Shown piece after piece: positions 1 to 12,199 of a DNA stretch of 64,000 nt; the first letter of the stretch is position 1; each line of letters begins with the position of its first letter. The translations under genes and the position numbers were made by a program. The stretch comes from Callorhinchus milii (Eukaryota): the NCBI RefSeq assembly GCF_018977255.1, contig NW_024704742.1, forward strand, positions 72,790,001-72,854,000. The letters are read 5' to 3'. Under the pieces are notes generated by a model. That model was not told the DNA's origin and ran no database searches. It saw nothing but the letters and a program-made list of their open reading frames with translations.

Positions 1-1175
1 CCAGAGTGCTTGTCAGCGGTGGAGTCTGACACCAAACCAGGGTGTGAGGGAAGGGGCAGGTTACTGTAGCATGATCAAAAAGGAAGGTCTTTAGGTGGGA
101 TTTGAAAGTTGGAGGGAGGGGGCAAGGTGGAGGGATTGAGGGAGAGAATTCCAGAGTTTCAAGGATGGGTGCCACATAGTGGTTAAAGGCATGGTCACCG
201 ATGGAGCGGAGGGGACGAGGGACGAACAAGAGTCCGGAATCAGCCGAGCGGAGACAGTGGGTGCTGGAGTGGGAGGTAAGCAAATCGGATAGGTAGGGAG
301 GTGCGAGGGTATGAAGATATTTGAAAACTAATGAGAGGGTCCATTTTGTAATTGAGAGCCAGTGGAGCTGACAAGGACTGATGTGATGGGGGTACGGAGT
401 TTTGTGAGGGTGAGTATCTGGGCGGCGGAGTTTTGAATTAATTGAATTTTGTGTACAGTGGAGCTGGGGAGACCTGTGAGGAGGGCATGAGAATAGAACA
501 GCCGGGAAGTGACGAAGGGGGTTTCGGCTCCAGAAGGAGTTGTGCAATGTGACGGAGGTGGAAAAAAGCAGTCCTGGTCAGGGAACAGATGTGCAGTAGA
601 AAGGAAACCTAGGGATCGAACCTGACGCCTAAGTTGCACCCATGTTCAGTCAGTCTGAGGGAGAGCCCGGGGAGGTTGAGGAGTTCAGACCCACCAGGAG
701 AGAAGATATTGATGGGAGCCAAAGAGTATGGCTTCTGTCTTGCCAACATTCAGCTGCAGGAAATTTTCGCTCATCCAGGCCTTGATGTTCATCAAACAAG
801 CTGACAGGACATCAGTGGATTGGGAGTCACAGCTGAAGGAGGAGAAATAGATTTGTGTTCATCTGCATACATGTGAAAGTTGATCCCATGTCTGTGGATG
901 ACATCACCAAGAGGGAGCATGTAGATAAGGAAAAGAAGGGGGCCAAGGATGGAGCCTTGGGTACCCTGCAGGTGATTGGGTGGTGCGGGGGGGAGGAAAC
1001 ACCATTTGCCGAGATGTATTGTTGGCAGTTGGTTAAGTAGGACTCAAACCATGTGAGTGCGGGCCCACTAAGGTGGATGAGGGAGGAGAGGCAGTGAAGG
1101 AGGATGGTAGACTGTGTCGAACACAGCGGAGGGATCCAGGAAAATGAGGAGGCAAAGAGAGTCCTGGTCACAGAG
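1..1175 (-). mobile_element. L2-clade LINE, degenerate 3' part of ORF2 (RT C-terminal half)
   Basis: Minus-strand peptides [20 protein letters not shown] and KIQLIQNSAAQILT, broken by frameshifts. Runs to the window edge. Confidence 0.85.
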
Positions 1176-1849
1176 AAAAAAAGATGCCATTTGTTACTTT
1201 GGAAACTCAACAAGCTTCCAGCAATTACAACATGAATCTTCCAGTACATTAAAGGCATGGAAGAGACGAGCGTTTGGCTCTGTATCAATAACCACTGTTG
1301 CTAGGAAACCAGACTTGAAACTAATAAAAACACCCTTAAAATTAACAATAGATATTAAAACAATAACAGACAGTGTCATTTCAAGACTGTAAACTAATGG
1401 AAGGGTAGAGAATTACAAACTGGTGAAGCATCATTGTTATTGGTTATGATATCAGCTGAGTAATCATTGTGTCCTTTCTATTCTCTATGGATTCTCTATG
1501 TAATCTCTAATCTATATAAGCGCTAATAGAAAACATTAGACACCTCAGTTACAATATGCACTTATATTTTTCACAATAAATATTGCAAAACACACAGTTT
1601 GCAGTGATGTTACAAAGCTAGTAACATGAGGGTTTGGGATGATATAATAACTCATCAATGTTTTCCCAGATGGGTTTCTGCCCTGTAACATACTGTGCCT
1701 GTGATTAACCTTTATAACCTGTACATAGCATCGGTCACCCCCCTTCCCCTCCCCTCCCTTCTCCTCCCCCCCGACTCCAGCTCGGTTCTGAAATGCTATA
1801 TAAATGCAATTTTGTTGTTGTTGTTGTTCCCTGATGGGACAACAGATAA

Positions 1850-2070
1850 AGCCATTGTCTAGTGTAATATAACCATACAAAGTCAGAAATTCCCAGGACT
1901 GATCCTCGGATTGTATCGAGTTGTCTGCTGCTATTATTAATCACAGTGGCATTTGGGCTAGTGTGAGGAAATCAATAGGGATTCCCATTGCTAATCCCTC
2001 TCCAATAGCCCATTGTTAGAAAGTGTGCCTGTTAGATGAGAACAGGCCAGACCTGATCCATTAAGCCATT
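1850..2070 (+). repeat. Old unclassified SINE-like repeat (probable relatives at ~49335-49485 minus and ~57060-57300 plus)
   Basis: Weak motifs shared by eye (ccataca...ccaggact/ccagggttc, gggctag/ggccagggag, tccaatagccc/tccagtaagc). Highly diverged. Confidence 0.3.
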
Positions 2071-2289
2071 CCCCAGCAAAGAACAGCATCTTCTCAGAGT
2101 AAGGACAGAGGTTAAAAATAGGACAAGATAATAACAATTATCCTCGCATTTGATACAGCAACTTATCACATGCAATTTGCATGCAGCAATGTCCCACAGA
2201 TGACAAGAAGGGAAACAACCAATTTTATCTGCTTTTATCTGATTACTGTCCAGACACCAACAGAAACGCCCTTCTCTTTTTGAATTGTG

Positions 2290-3046
2290 AATTACTGATG
2301 ACAGCCCAGCCTGGCTCATTAGCAGGACTCAGAGGTGCAGACCAGTCACTGGGATTTTTTCCACTCAGCTCCTTCTAATTCTGCAATCCGAGTGGAGTCC
2401 TGTAGCTCAGTGGTTAGAGCACTCGGTTTGCAAGCGAGACACCTGGGTTCAATTCCAGGCAGGGCGAAACCTTGGGCAAGTTCCCTTACTCCACACGCCT
2501 AATAATAATCCCTCCAAAACAAAACAATAATAAATTGGTCATTTTCAATCCACGACTGTTTGTGGGACATTGCTGTGCGCAATTGACTGCCGCGTTTCGC
2601 CCACAAATATACAGGCAATTCACTTTACAGCATATTCTGTGAAGCGCTTTGAGAAGTCTAGAAGACGTGAAAAGCGCTATATCAAATGCAAGGATTATTA
2701 TTATTATTATTAAATCCTTAACAATTTAATATCCTTATTAAGGGTGGTCCTAACTGGACAAGTAGCAGGAAGCTTACTTTCAGTGCTATGGCAAGCAATG
2801 CAATTTTAGCTAGTTAAACTCTATCAGTTCTCCAACACACAATCTAGAGTCCCTGAGCTGTGCTGTGCCTATTACTCTCTGAAAGTAGGTAAGCAGTGAG
2901 AGAGTGCATATTCCATTCCAGACCCAAAGAAATTTCCATGTGTAGGTGGCATACATATGTGGAACTCTCAGTTTGGTTTGGCGACTCGAGCATTGTCATA
3001 GGTTTCCATGTGTGTCAGACACATGGATTGATCAAAACATCCAAAA
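2290..3046 (+). repeat. Unclassified ~0.7 kb repeat (family X), split by a young SINE
   Basis: Shares ctgatgacagcccagcc, ccactcagctcc, agggtggtccta, gagagtgca.attcc and tttccatgtgtaggtgg with the copies at 12.2-13.6, 16.3-16.7 and 53.7-54.3 kb. Confidence 0.75.
2394..2711 (+). mobile_element. Young tRNA-Ala(TGC)-derived SINE with Deu-like core and L2-type tail
   Basis: A box tagctcagtgg, B box ggttcaattcc, anticodon loop tttgcaa. Core gtttgtgggacattgctgtgcgcaattg.ctgccgcg. Tail gtgaagcgctttgag...aaatgcaagg(att)n. Confidence 0.92.
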
Positions 3047-4067
3047 AAGCATGAAATGCTCTGAGACGTTTTAATGTTACATACACTAAATCAATTGCAA
3101 GGATTATTATGAATATCATCACTCACCTCTTTACCTCAATTCTGTTCAAACAGCTCTGTCACTGCGCCGCAAGAAATGATAGCAGCAAAGAACTAACCAA
3201 TACAGTACATATATTACAGACATCATTATCTGTACATAATGCATATGGTACTTAAAGAGTAAAATACCGATTGCTCTGGTATCCATCCATCATTAGAGGG
3301 CCAATTATTGATTAGGAACATTCAGTGGACTGGATGGTACAATGCTTTAGAGCTATTGCCCCTGAGCGACTAATGTCATTTTCACTCTCTTCAAAAGTGA
3401 TAATGGTCTACAGTGGAAGTAAAACTAATACGGGGTGGGGTGGGGGGTTGGTTGGGGTGGGAGGTTGTGGGGAGAGCTGGTAAGGAGCAACAAAGCAGAG
3501 AATATAGTGCTCTTTAGAGGGAAACTGATGCCTTATGATCCATGATCATTGCTGTTTTGAATTCACAAGATATATGGTTCTGAAAAAAGCTGTTCCCTTT
3601 GATGTCTGTTAAAAAGGGATTCAGTGCTCTCAATCCACTTCTTGGTTCATCAACGTTCACAGCATGATGTTGTCCTAATTCACAGAATAGCACTCTCATG
3701 AATTGTCACTAATTCAGTCACTTCAGCCAGAAGATGAGTGTAGCACTGATGTAATGTGTGCATAAAGGATTCATGCCTGGGAGAGAGGGATTGATCTGAA
3801 GTGGCTAAGAGAACGACCCACAATGTAATCTTTCACCTGATTAGCAAGCAAGAGGCAGAAAGTGAGAGTGAAATAAAATTCCTTATTTAACAAGCAGGAA
3901 TTATGGTGCATTTCAAATCAATTGAAGTCAAATGTCTGAGCTAATCTAGAAGTGTATTCATCCCTATTGCTTCTTTTATACTGTGGCTAAAACATTTAAA
4001 GTCCATTGGTGTCATTTCTGGGATACAAAGTGATATCGTCCAATATACCTTCACAAAATCACAAGAT

Positions 4068-4430
4068 TAATTCAGATAAAGAAGATTCTTCAACCCATCT
4101 GATCTCATTCCTCCAGAATATCCACCCATCAATCCTAGCATTTCAGCATTAACCTGCCATTTAAATGAGTCCAGGATCCCTGCATCAACCAGTTTTTCTG
4201 GCAACCTGTTCCAGTCGTTAATTACCCTCTGGGTAAAGAAAACCTACCTGGTATCTGTCCTGAAATTGCTCCTCACAACTCTAAACTTATGTCCTCTTGT
4301 ATTTTACTGTCTTGGTACATCCTGAAGTATTGTTCTGGGTTTACTTTTTCAATCCTATTTAAAATGTTATACACCTCTTTGAGTCATCTTCTCTCAAAAC
4401 TGAAGAGCCCTAGCTGGTTTGGTCTCAACC
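4068..4430 (-). mobile_element. Old CR1 LINE 3' fragment
   Basis: Reverse complement of a CR1 3' region (aggacataagtttagag, ttctttacccagaggg, ggaacaggttgcc, gatgggttgaag). Confidence 0.7.
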
Positions 4431-4518
4431 AAGGGTATTCTCAAGCTGTAATGAACATTAAATTGTTCACAACGTAAAATTATATGGAATGATTATATTT
4501 TGCTTTCTTAACATATAG

Positions 4519-4657
4519 AATCCCACCAAAATGTTCATCCTGCTGAGAGATGGAACAGTTGGTGAAAACCCTGAGGTGGAATTCTTGGGGAGCATAAAGA
4601 AAGTCAAGATCCAAGCAACCGTATGGAACTCCCAAGCCATTTGTGTCCAAGCCTTGG
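4519..4657 (+). CDS. BANK1: Internal coding exon A of BANK1-like B-cell scaffold protein (DBB domain, N-terminal part)
   Basis: Acceptor ...ttcttaacatatag and donor G|gtaagg. 139 nt, phase 0 to 1. Encodes NPTKMFILLRDGTVGENPEVEFLGSIKKVKIQATVWNSQAICVQAL, which resembles the recalled BANK1 segment NPGEIFIILRDEVIGDTVEVEF...WNKKVWCMKAL. Confidence 0.88.
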
Positions 4658-4750
4658 GTAAGGTTTATATGCTACGCCACATATGGGGAAGGGGTAGTTG
4701 CGCAAAAACAGAATGTTCAACAGCAGTAAAGAAGAAAGCAAAAAAATCAT

Positions 4751-5261
4751 AACTTTCCTTGCCTTTGATAAAGCACATCATCATATTCGAAACATCTCAA
4801 AGTGGATCACAGGATTTTTCTGGAAACTGTAGTGACTGTGTATTTTGTAGGTAAACATGGCAGTCAATTAACACTCATCACTGTCCCAATTTTATTTGGA
4901 GGATTATTGGCTAGAACATTGAGAGAAGCTCCATTATCTTTTCTGCTAGCTCCATGAGATTTTTAACATCCACCTGAACAGGCAGACAGGATCTCAGTAT
5001 AATTCAGATGAAGAAGACCCTTCAACCCATCTGATCTCGTTCCTCCAGAGTATCCACCTATCAGTCCTAGCATTTCAGCATTTCAGCATTACGTCGGAGA
5101 TTATGTCTCATCTAAAGGACAACATCTTTGACAATGCAGCATTCCCCCAGCACTACATTGGAGTGTCAGCCAAGACTGGGAGTTCAAAGTTCTGATGTGG
5201 GGCTTCAACTCTCAACCTTTTGACTCAGATTCCAGAGTGCTACCAGTAAGCCAGGCCGACA
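4751..5261 (-). mobile_element. Old SacSINE1-like DeuSINE carrying a ~90 bp internal insert
   Basis: ttaacatccacctgaacaggcagacagg, gagtgtcagcc and tgactcagattccagagtgctacc are the reverse complement of the tRNA head plus Deu body. Confidence 0.75.
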
Positions 5262-5967
5262 TATAAATTGTCATTCATGATGCCAGAGGAATAGAGCTTA
5301 AGTGTCAAGAAGTGCTAGTCATCTTGTATGGCCTGGCTCCATCTAGAGCACTAATAATAATCCTGAACACCTTACAACAGTTGGCACCCCAGAGAGGGTG
5401 CAACTAAACAGATACCTGGGATTTGGCACCTGAGCTGCAAAAGACAGGCTATTGAAAATGGATTGTTTTCTGTTGAGACTAAAGAACAATTCCTGATCTT
5501 TTACTATTGGCCAAAGTTAATCTGATCTTGATTGTTTGTACCTCTGCAAACAGTGCATGCCGGAGAATAGGCTCGGAATTGAGTGAAGCCGGGTTAGCTG
5601 TAATTAGTATTAACCGTGAAAAGAGGCTACTGACGACTTTTGATAGAGATAAGCCAGACAATCAGAAATTTGTGCTAATGGGTTTCTCTTTTGTGGAATC
5701 TTTTCATTAATAATATTAAATATCAAATATCTGATGATGTAGAGGAGCAGTATGTTCAAACGCTGCTGCAATTTGCAAAAGCGGTGGGAATGCAACTTTG
5801 ATGCTTAACGCAGCTACGCTGCAAGGTAAAAACCCTCTCTCTATTACTGATCTCAGCTGACCGGCCAAGCTGCCTCTCAGTCACACACAGATAGCCTGAG
5901 AGAAAACAAAAGCCTTTTCCTTTCTACTCTCACTGAAAGGACAGTCTAATGTTATTTTACGCTAAAG

Positions 5968-6185
5968 CAGGGTAGTACAACTGGTGGCCTGCGGGCCGGA
6001 TGCAGCCCCTGGACCGATTTCATCTCCCTCCCTCCATTTCATCTGACCCATCCACTCCGTCCATAACCCATAAATATTATGTTATTGTTTCTGAAAGGGA
6101 AACACAAAAATATTGCTTATGCAGCCCGCAGACATTTCTCAAATAGAGGATCTGGCCCCCGGCAGCCAAAGGTTGGACCATCCTG
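5968..6185 (+). mobile_element. hAT-type non-autonomous MITE
   Basis: TIRs cagggtagtacaac / gttggaccatcctg (11/14). 8-bp TSD cgctaaag (5960-5967) / cgctacag (6186-6193). Subterminal ggcc motifs. Confidence 0.85.
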
Positions 6186-6446
6186 CGCTACAGCAATATT
6201 GTCACTATGTCTTTATAATGGAAGATCAGGTACTGACATGGTGGATGATTGCTATTTTTATTGACCAATAAGTTCTGATAAATCTCACTCGAAGATATGA
6301 GTTTTTCTAAAAAAATGAGTTTTTTTTATTTTAAAAGGCCCAACACTTATTTTTGGACAGATTATTTTACTGTTGCTCTGTAACAATTATTATTTGGGAA
6401 AAGTCCAATTGTATCTATGATTCTGTGCGAGGTTCCCAAGCAATAT

Positions 6447-6725
6447 ACTCAGTTGGTAGCACTTTTGACTGAGTCAAAAGCATGTGGGTTGAAGCCCCAT
6501 GTCAGGACTTTGAACTGACTAGTGTAGGCTGACACCCCAATGCAGTGCTGCAAGAACATTGCATTGTTGAAGGTCCTGACCTTTGGATAAAACATTTAAA
6601 AAAACAAGATCCTGTCTATCTGTTCAGACAGATGTTAATGATCCCACTACTCAATAAGGGAAGAGCTCCTCCCAATGTAATGGCTGACAATCCCCCAGAT
6701 AAATGTTGTCATTTACTTGACGCTA
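6447..6725 (+). mobile_element. Old SacSINE1-like DeuSINE (5' two-thirds)
   Basis: ctcagttggtagcac, gagtcaaaag, ggctgacacccc, ctgttcagacagatgttaa. Confidence 0.72.
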
Positions 6726-7194
6726 TTATCAACTCCACTGTGACGCACCAGATCAGGCACTGATGTGCTGCTCCACTGTACCATCTTCATATCAAACAAT
6801 TTTAAATGGTTCATTTCTTGCCTGAAACTCAGTAGTTTCAGGGTACCTTAATCCATCTCATTTTGACAGACTTGATCACATCAGCTGAATCTGTAGAGAA
6901 AACTGCTTTAAAATGAAGAATAAGAGCCAGAGCAAGAGAAGTGTGCTTTCAGTCTGAATTAATGCCACTCAGAACTATTTGCAGAGTGTGCTTTGAATCA
7001 AAGGTTAATTGAAAGTGTATTGGATCACAAGTTAATTGTAAAGATATTGGATCTAAACCCGCAAAGTGAGACTGATTTCAACCCATTCCCGCACACTAGC
7101 CTATAGAGTCAAAATGAGTCAAAATGAGGATGCTCTGAAATAACAATCATCACACTCACACCTCACATCTCCTTAAACCATAGTTACGTAGAGT

Positions 7195-7550
7195 GATAAG
7201 GCAAGGAAATAAGCCACTTGGCTCAACTAGTCCTTACCAGTGTTTATACTTGCCACGAGCACCTACCCCTTCTATTCCCCTCTGCTACACCTCTCTATTC
7301 CCCTCTACTATACCTCTCTATTCCCTTTTCCTTCATGTAAACATTAAATTTTCTCTGAAATAGATTGATGCATTTTGTTTCAACCCCAGCTTGTGGCAGT
7401 GAGTTCTACATTCTCACCACTGTCTGTGTGAAGAAGTTCCTCCTAAGCCCCCTTTAAAATCTATTACTAGTTAGCTTACATTTATGCCCCTTCGTTTTGG
7501 ACTCACCAAAGAATGGAAACAGTTTATCAGCATCCACAATATCAACACCC
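7195..7550 (-). mobile_element. Old CR1 3' fragment with a short tandem (cctctctattccc)n stretch
   Basis: gtggcagtgagttctacattctcaccactgtctgtgtgaagaag is a reverse-complement CR1 motif. Confidence 0.65.
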
Positions 7551-8759
7551 AGCATCAGTGATTGTCAGTGATAAATATTTTCCAGACATGTCAAAGATTT
7601 GCTCTTCAGAACAATTCCTTTTTCAGAATCAAATCTTCCCCTCACCAAATCCTGGCTGATATATAAGGACTATATTATATGCGCATACATACAAGAATTG
7701 GAAATATTTACTGTCTGTTGATTCACTATTGAGTTTGGGAACAGAGTGAGGGATGAGGTGTACATCAGTGCTTCAGAGCTCAATAGCACAATCATGCCAT
7801 GATGCAAATTATGTGAAAATTAAATTCAAAAGAATAAGGAATTGTTAGGAACAGCTGTACAGTTTTAAGCGGCCTGCACAGATTTCATAAAAAGTATAAA
7901 ATCCAACAGAATACATTCATCTTTTAAAACCTTCTTGTAAAATCAAATAAAAACTTGACAAAATCCGAGTAATACCCAGTCAAATCTAAGTAAAAATCTG
8001 GAAAAATCGCACGATTCTCTGTGTAGAGCTGGAGAATCAGCACAAGGGTAATGCTCATAGCTTCAGGCTTCTTTCCATGTTAGGCAGCAATCGGGAAACA
8101 CAGTGGAATGCTGATGTTCCATGTTTCTCTCAGCTTGTAACTCCCACTCATTCACATTGCTGCAAGCTAATACATTTGCAACACCCCCTTGCCAGTGCGT
8201 GGCAACCTTTTTGCCAATTTGTAGATTTTGAAAGAAACTCACACAAGTACATTCAAGTTCATTGATTGCTCTGTTGAGCTGGCTTTCAGAAATGCCAGCA
8301 GCCATTCGAAACTTTGAGTTTGTGAAAATAAGTTGAAAATATAATGAAATTAACAGCTGTGTTTACTTAAAATTAAATTTGTTCAACTGAACCAGATTGA
8401 CATCCAATATCAATAGAATTCTAAGGTTCTGTATTTAATGGCTAAAGCAGTGATAAATTCTCATATTAAATATCAGCAAAAACAGACCATGAAAAATGCA
8501 TAGTTTAAGATATCTTATACCTTTTTTTATATAATTCATTTGAGAGATATTTAGTTACATCATCTACCACAGACATAAATTTCCAAATGTGTTATTGTTA
8601 TTCAAGTGATGGTTTACACAGAAGTTTCAAGGACTTATAATTTTTATTGTTCGCCTTTATTACAGTGGAACTGATAGAGTAAAAATGTTTCCTGATCTTG
8701 GGGGATAGCCAATACATATACACAATCACTGTTCAAATCGTTGATCAAGTGTGTCAAAT

Positions 8760-9940
8760 TGTTGATCACTTCTGCCTCCTCGTCCTTCTGACACAGTCGA
8801 CCACACCATCCTCTTCCATCGACTCTCTTCCCTATCTACCTCAGTGGGACCGCACTTGGATGGTTCGAGTCCTACTTAACCAACCGCCTCCATTTCATCT
8901 CAGCAAATGGTTTCTCCTCCCGCCCCGGCCAGTCACTTGCAGGGTACCCCAGGGCTCCATCCTTGGACCTCTTCTTTTCCTTATCTATATGCTCCCTCTA
9001 GGCGATGTCATTTGCCAACACAGAGTAAACTTCCACATGTATGCGGACGACACACCAATCTACTTTGCCTTCTCCAGTATCAACTCAAGGTCCACCGATC
9101 ATCTATCAGCTTGTCTGGCAGACATCAAGGCCTGAATGAATGTAAACTTTCTGTAGCTGAATGTGGACAAGACGGAAGCCATACTATTTGGCTCCCGTCA
9201 ACATCTTCATTCCTGCGGACCTGAACACATCAACCTCTCTGGGCTCTCCCTCAGGCTCACCAAACCAGTGCGCAACCTAGGAGTCCGGTTCAATTCCCAA
9301 CTGTCCTCCCTCCCCCACATCCAGTCCCTGACTGGGACCCCCTTCTTCCACCTCCACCACATTGCCCGCCTCTGACCATACCTTACCCCAAATACAGCCG
9401 AAACCCTCGTGCATGTGTTAGTCACCTCCCGCCTGGGTTACTCAAATCCACTCCTCGCCAATCTCCCCAGCTCCACCATTCATAAGATCCAGCTCATTCA
9501 GAACTCTGCCACCTGCGTACTGACCCGGACCAAACTCCGAACCCACATCTCACCAGTTCTGGCCAGGCTCCACTGGCTCCCCATCACTGAACGGATCGTC
9601 CTCAAGATCATCACACTCACGTTCAAATCCATTCATTCCCTGGCATCTCCCTACCTCTCCAACCTCCTCACACCCCAATCCACCACCTTGTCCCTCGCAC
9701 CCTCCGTTCCACCATCGGAGGTCATCCTTTCAGCCACTATACCCCAAAACTCTGGAACACTCTCGCTCAAGCCCTCTGCCTTGTCCCTTCTCTCCCCTCT
9801 TTCAAGTCCCGTATTAAACTTTCCTCTTCGATCGTGCTTACAGCCACCTCCCCCCTGGCTCGGAGTCAGGCTTTGCCAATGTTAAGCGCTCTGAGACGCT
9901 ACCCTGTGTGGAGGGCGCAATATGAGTGCAAGTTGTTGTT
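8760..9940 (+). mobile_element. L2 LINE 3' fragment (RT plus 3' tail)
   Basis: [26 protein letters not shown] and RLHWLPI peptides. Tail gcgctctgagac...gcaagttgttgtt. Confidence 0.9.
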
Positions 9941-9959
9941 GAATATACACAGTAGGTAT

Positions 9960-10378
9960 TAAGAATCCTTGAATCTGGCATAGTACCTTATCACATCATC
10001 GAGGCATCTCAAAGTGCTTCACAATTTTTACTTGAAGTGCAGTGACTCTATATTTGTATCCAAATTGGGCAGCCAATTTGGGCACAGCAATATCACTCAA
10101 ACAGCAATGACATGAATGACCAATTTGGGGCAATCGCTGGCCAGGAGAAACTCCCTTCTCTTTTCGAATAGTGCAATGGTATCTTAACGTCCACCTGAAC
10201 AGGCAGACAGGACCTCGATTTAAAGTATAATCCTAATGACGACATCTCCAGCAATGGAGCCCGCACCAGCACTGCATTGGAGTGTCAGCATAGACTGTGA
10301 ATTGAAAGTCCCAATGTAGGGCTTGAACCCACAATCTTCTGACTCAGAGGCAAGAATGCTACCAACTGAGCCAAACTT
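9960..10378 (-). mobile_element. Old SacSINE1-like DeuSINE, near full length
   Basis: ttctgactcagaggcaagaatgctaccaactgagcca head on the minus strand, with Deu core and tail. Confidence 0.8.
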
Positions 10379-10404
10379 ACAATTGCAGACAGAGCTTTGA
10401 AGTC

Positions 10405-10750
10405 ACTGACAATGCTAACACTCCATTGCATTGGTAATAGAAAGCACTGAACGGTCAGAGATGCTAAACAGATGAGATGTTAAACAAAAGTCTTGTCTAC
10501 CTGTTGATGTGGATGTTAAAGATCACATGGCATTACTCAAAGCACCAAGGGAGTTTATCTCTGGGTTCTGGCCAACAATCCTCCAGATAAAATTGGCCAT
10601 TCACTTTGTGGCTGTTTGTGGAACATTACTGTATGCAAATCAGCTGCAGCATTTACCTATAAAATACGCAATTTACAGTAAATCCTGGGAAGCTCTTTCA
10701 GATGTTTCAAAGACTTGATAAGATGTTATACCAAATGCAAGGAACATTAT
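10405..10750 (+). mobile_element. Old DeuSINE, 5'-truncated
   Basis: gatgagatgttaaac, ggatgttaaagatcacatggc, ctgtttgtggaacattactgt, aaatgcaagg. Confidence 0.7.
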
Positions 10751-10751
10751 T

Positions 10752-11755
10752 GTATAATGCTGGATGCTCAGACAAGTGGGAACCTGACAAGTGACCCATT
10801 TTTAATGGGAAATTTCCTCATTTAATCAATCATCCTCATGTTCAAATTTTGTTGTTTTTCCGGTTTTGTGCAAAGGGTTTGATAGAGACCAGCCCTTGCC
10901 TATACATGTGGTACAATTGTACAGATAAAATTGATCATTACACTTCATTGCTGTTTGTTGTGTACAAATCGACTGCCGCGTTCACCCATACAGTCACTAC
11001 ACTTCACATGAATTCTAGTTCAGCATGGAATTTTAACTTCCCTCTCACTGCAGGTTGGAAGAGTTATACTATGACACAGAAATGAAATGGCTGAATAAAT
11101 TCACTGGTTGGCCCAAATATATTGCTCGCTTTAAGTACAGCACGTATGTGTGTGTGGATGCGTGGGTGTGGGTTGGTGGGTGTCATTGTCCCTTAAATCC
11201 TCCGCTTCATAATTGGCGGCTGTGCCTTCAGTCACTACGCCCTGAAGCTAAGGAGCTCCTGCCCTCAATTCTTTTGTCTTGCCCCCTCTTTCCCATTTTC
11301 AGGTTGCGCCTGAAGACCTTCCTCTACGACCGTGCCTATGGTCACGTTCCCCCTGGCTCGGCATTGGGCTCTGCCATTGTTAAGCGCTCTGGGATGCTGT
11401 TCGGCATGGAGGGCGCTATATAAATGCAAGTTGTTGTTGTTGGGGGGTGGGTGGGTGCGTGCGTGTCTGTATTTTGGTCAGCCAGATGTCTGATACATAC
11501 AGAAACAATCATCATACTTAAAAATATCCAAACCAGGCTGATTTCCAAGTATGCGTGGAAATACATACAAAATACCAAATTGGACACATGACCATATGTA
11601 CTTTAAGCAAGGGTCTCAATCAAACCCTTCAAACCAGGGTTGCAAAATAACAGAATGTGAACCTGTTGGGAGAAAGATTGATTAAATTAGGTTTCCCATT
11701 AAAAATGGGTCACCAGTCAGGTACCCCAACAGAAGCCAAATATCCAGCATTATAC
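10752..11755. repeat. ~1 kb element bounded by ~170 bp degenerate inverted arms (old MITE or inverted duplication) with nested SINE, L2 and family X pieces
   Basis: Perfect terminal 14-bp inverted match gtataatgctggat / atccagcattatac. Perfect 22-bp match 10791-10812 vs 11692-11713. Similarity continues inward to about 10920/11585. Confidence 0.8.
11200..11441 (+). mobile_element. L2 3' tail fragment
   Basis: attggcggctgtgccttcag, ctgaagaccttcctctacgac, ggcgctatataaatgcaag(ttg)n. Confidence 0.8.
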
Positions 11756-12199
11756 TTGTGCAGTGGTGGATATAAATTACGTTCATGTTCTTATGATTTT
11801 TCCCTCCCACTGGAATAGGTACTCACACAGACACAAGCTGCTTGGGTTTATCTTATGCTGATCAGCAACAATTACAATCTTTTAGTTATATCTTTATAGT
11901 GTGATTTCCCATCATGAACACGCAGCAACGCACATCGATTCCAATGAACTAGTTTGTAACTTTAATAGTGAAATTGGACATGAGCCAATACAGAACTGTA
12001 GCTACTCTAGAAGTTTATTCCTATACGACTTTAACTGAATTTAACAAACGGGGAAGCAGAAAGAGATCTAGGGGAATTAGTTTACTCATCACTCACCATG
12101 TCAAAACAGGGTGAGGTAACAATAAACAAAGTAAACAGAATGGTAGGATATATTGCCGCACAGTCTTTGGTCAGACTGCATCCAGAGTACCACATACTA

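Noticed and set aside
2394..2465. tRNA-Ala(TGC)-like gene (also at 15551, 31237, 31814 and 47420)
   Set aside because: Each is followed by the same SINE body and tail, with no T-run terminator after the cloverleaf. These are SINE heads, not tRNA genes.
1176..4518. Search for the preceding (TIR-DBB linker) exon
   Set aside because: No segment with suitable splice sites and peptide was found. It is probably upstream of the window.
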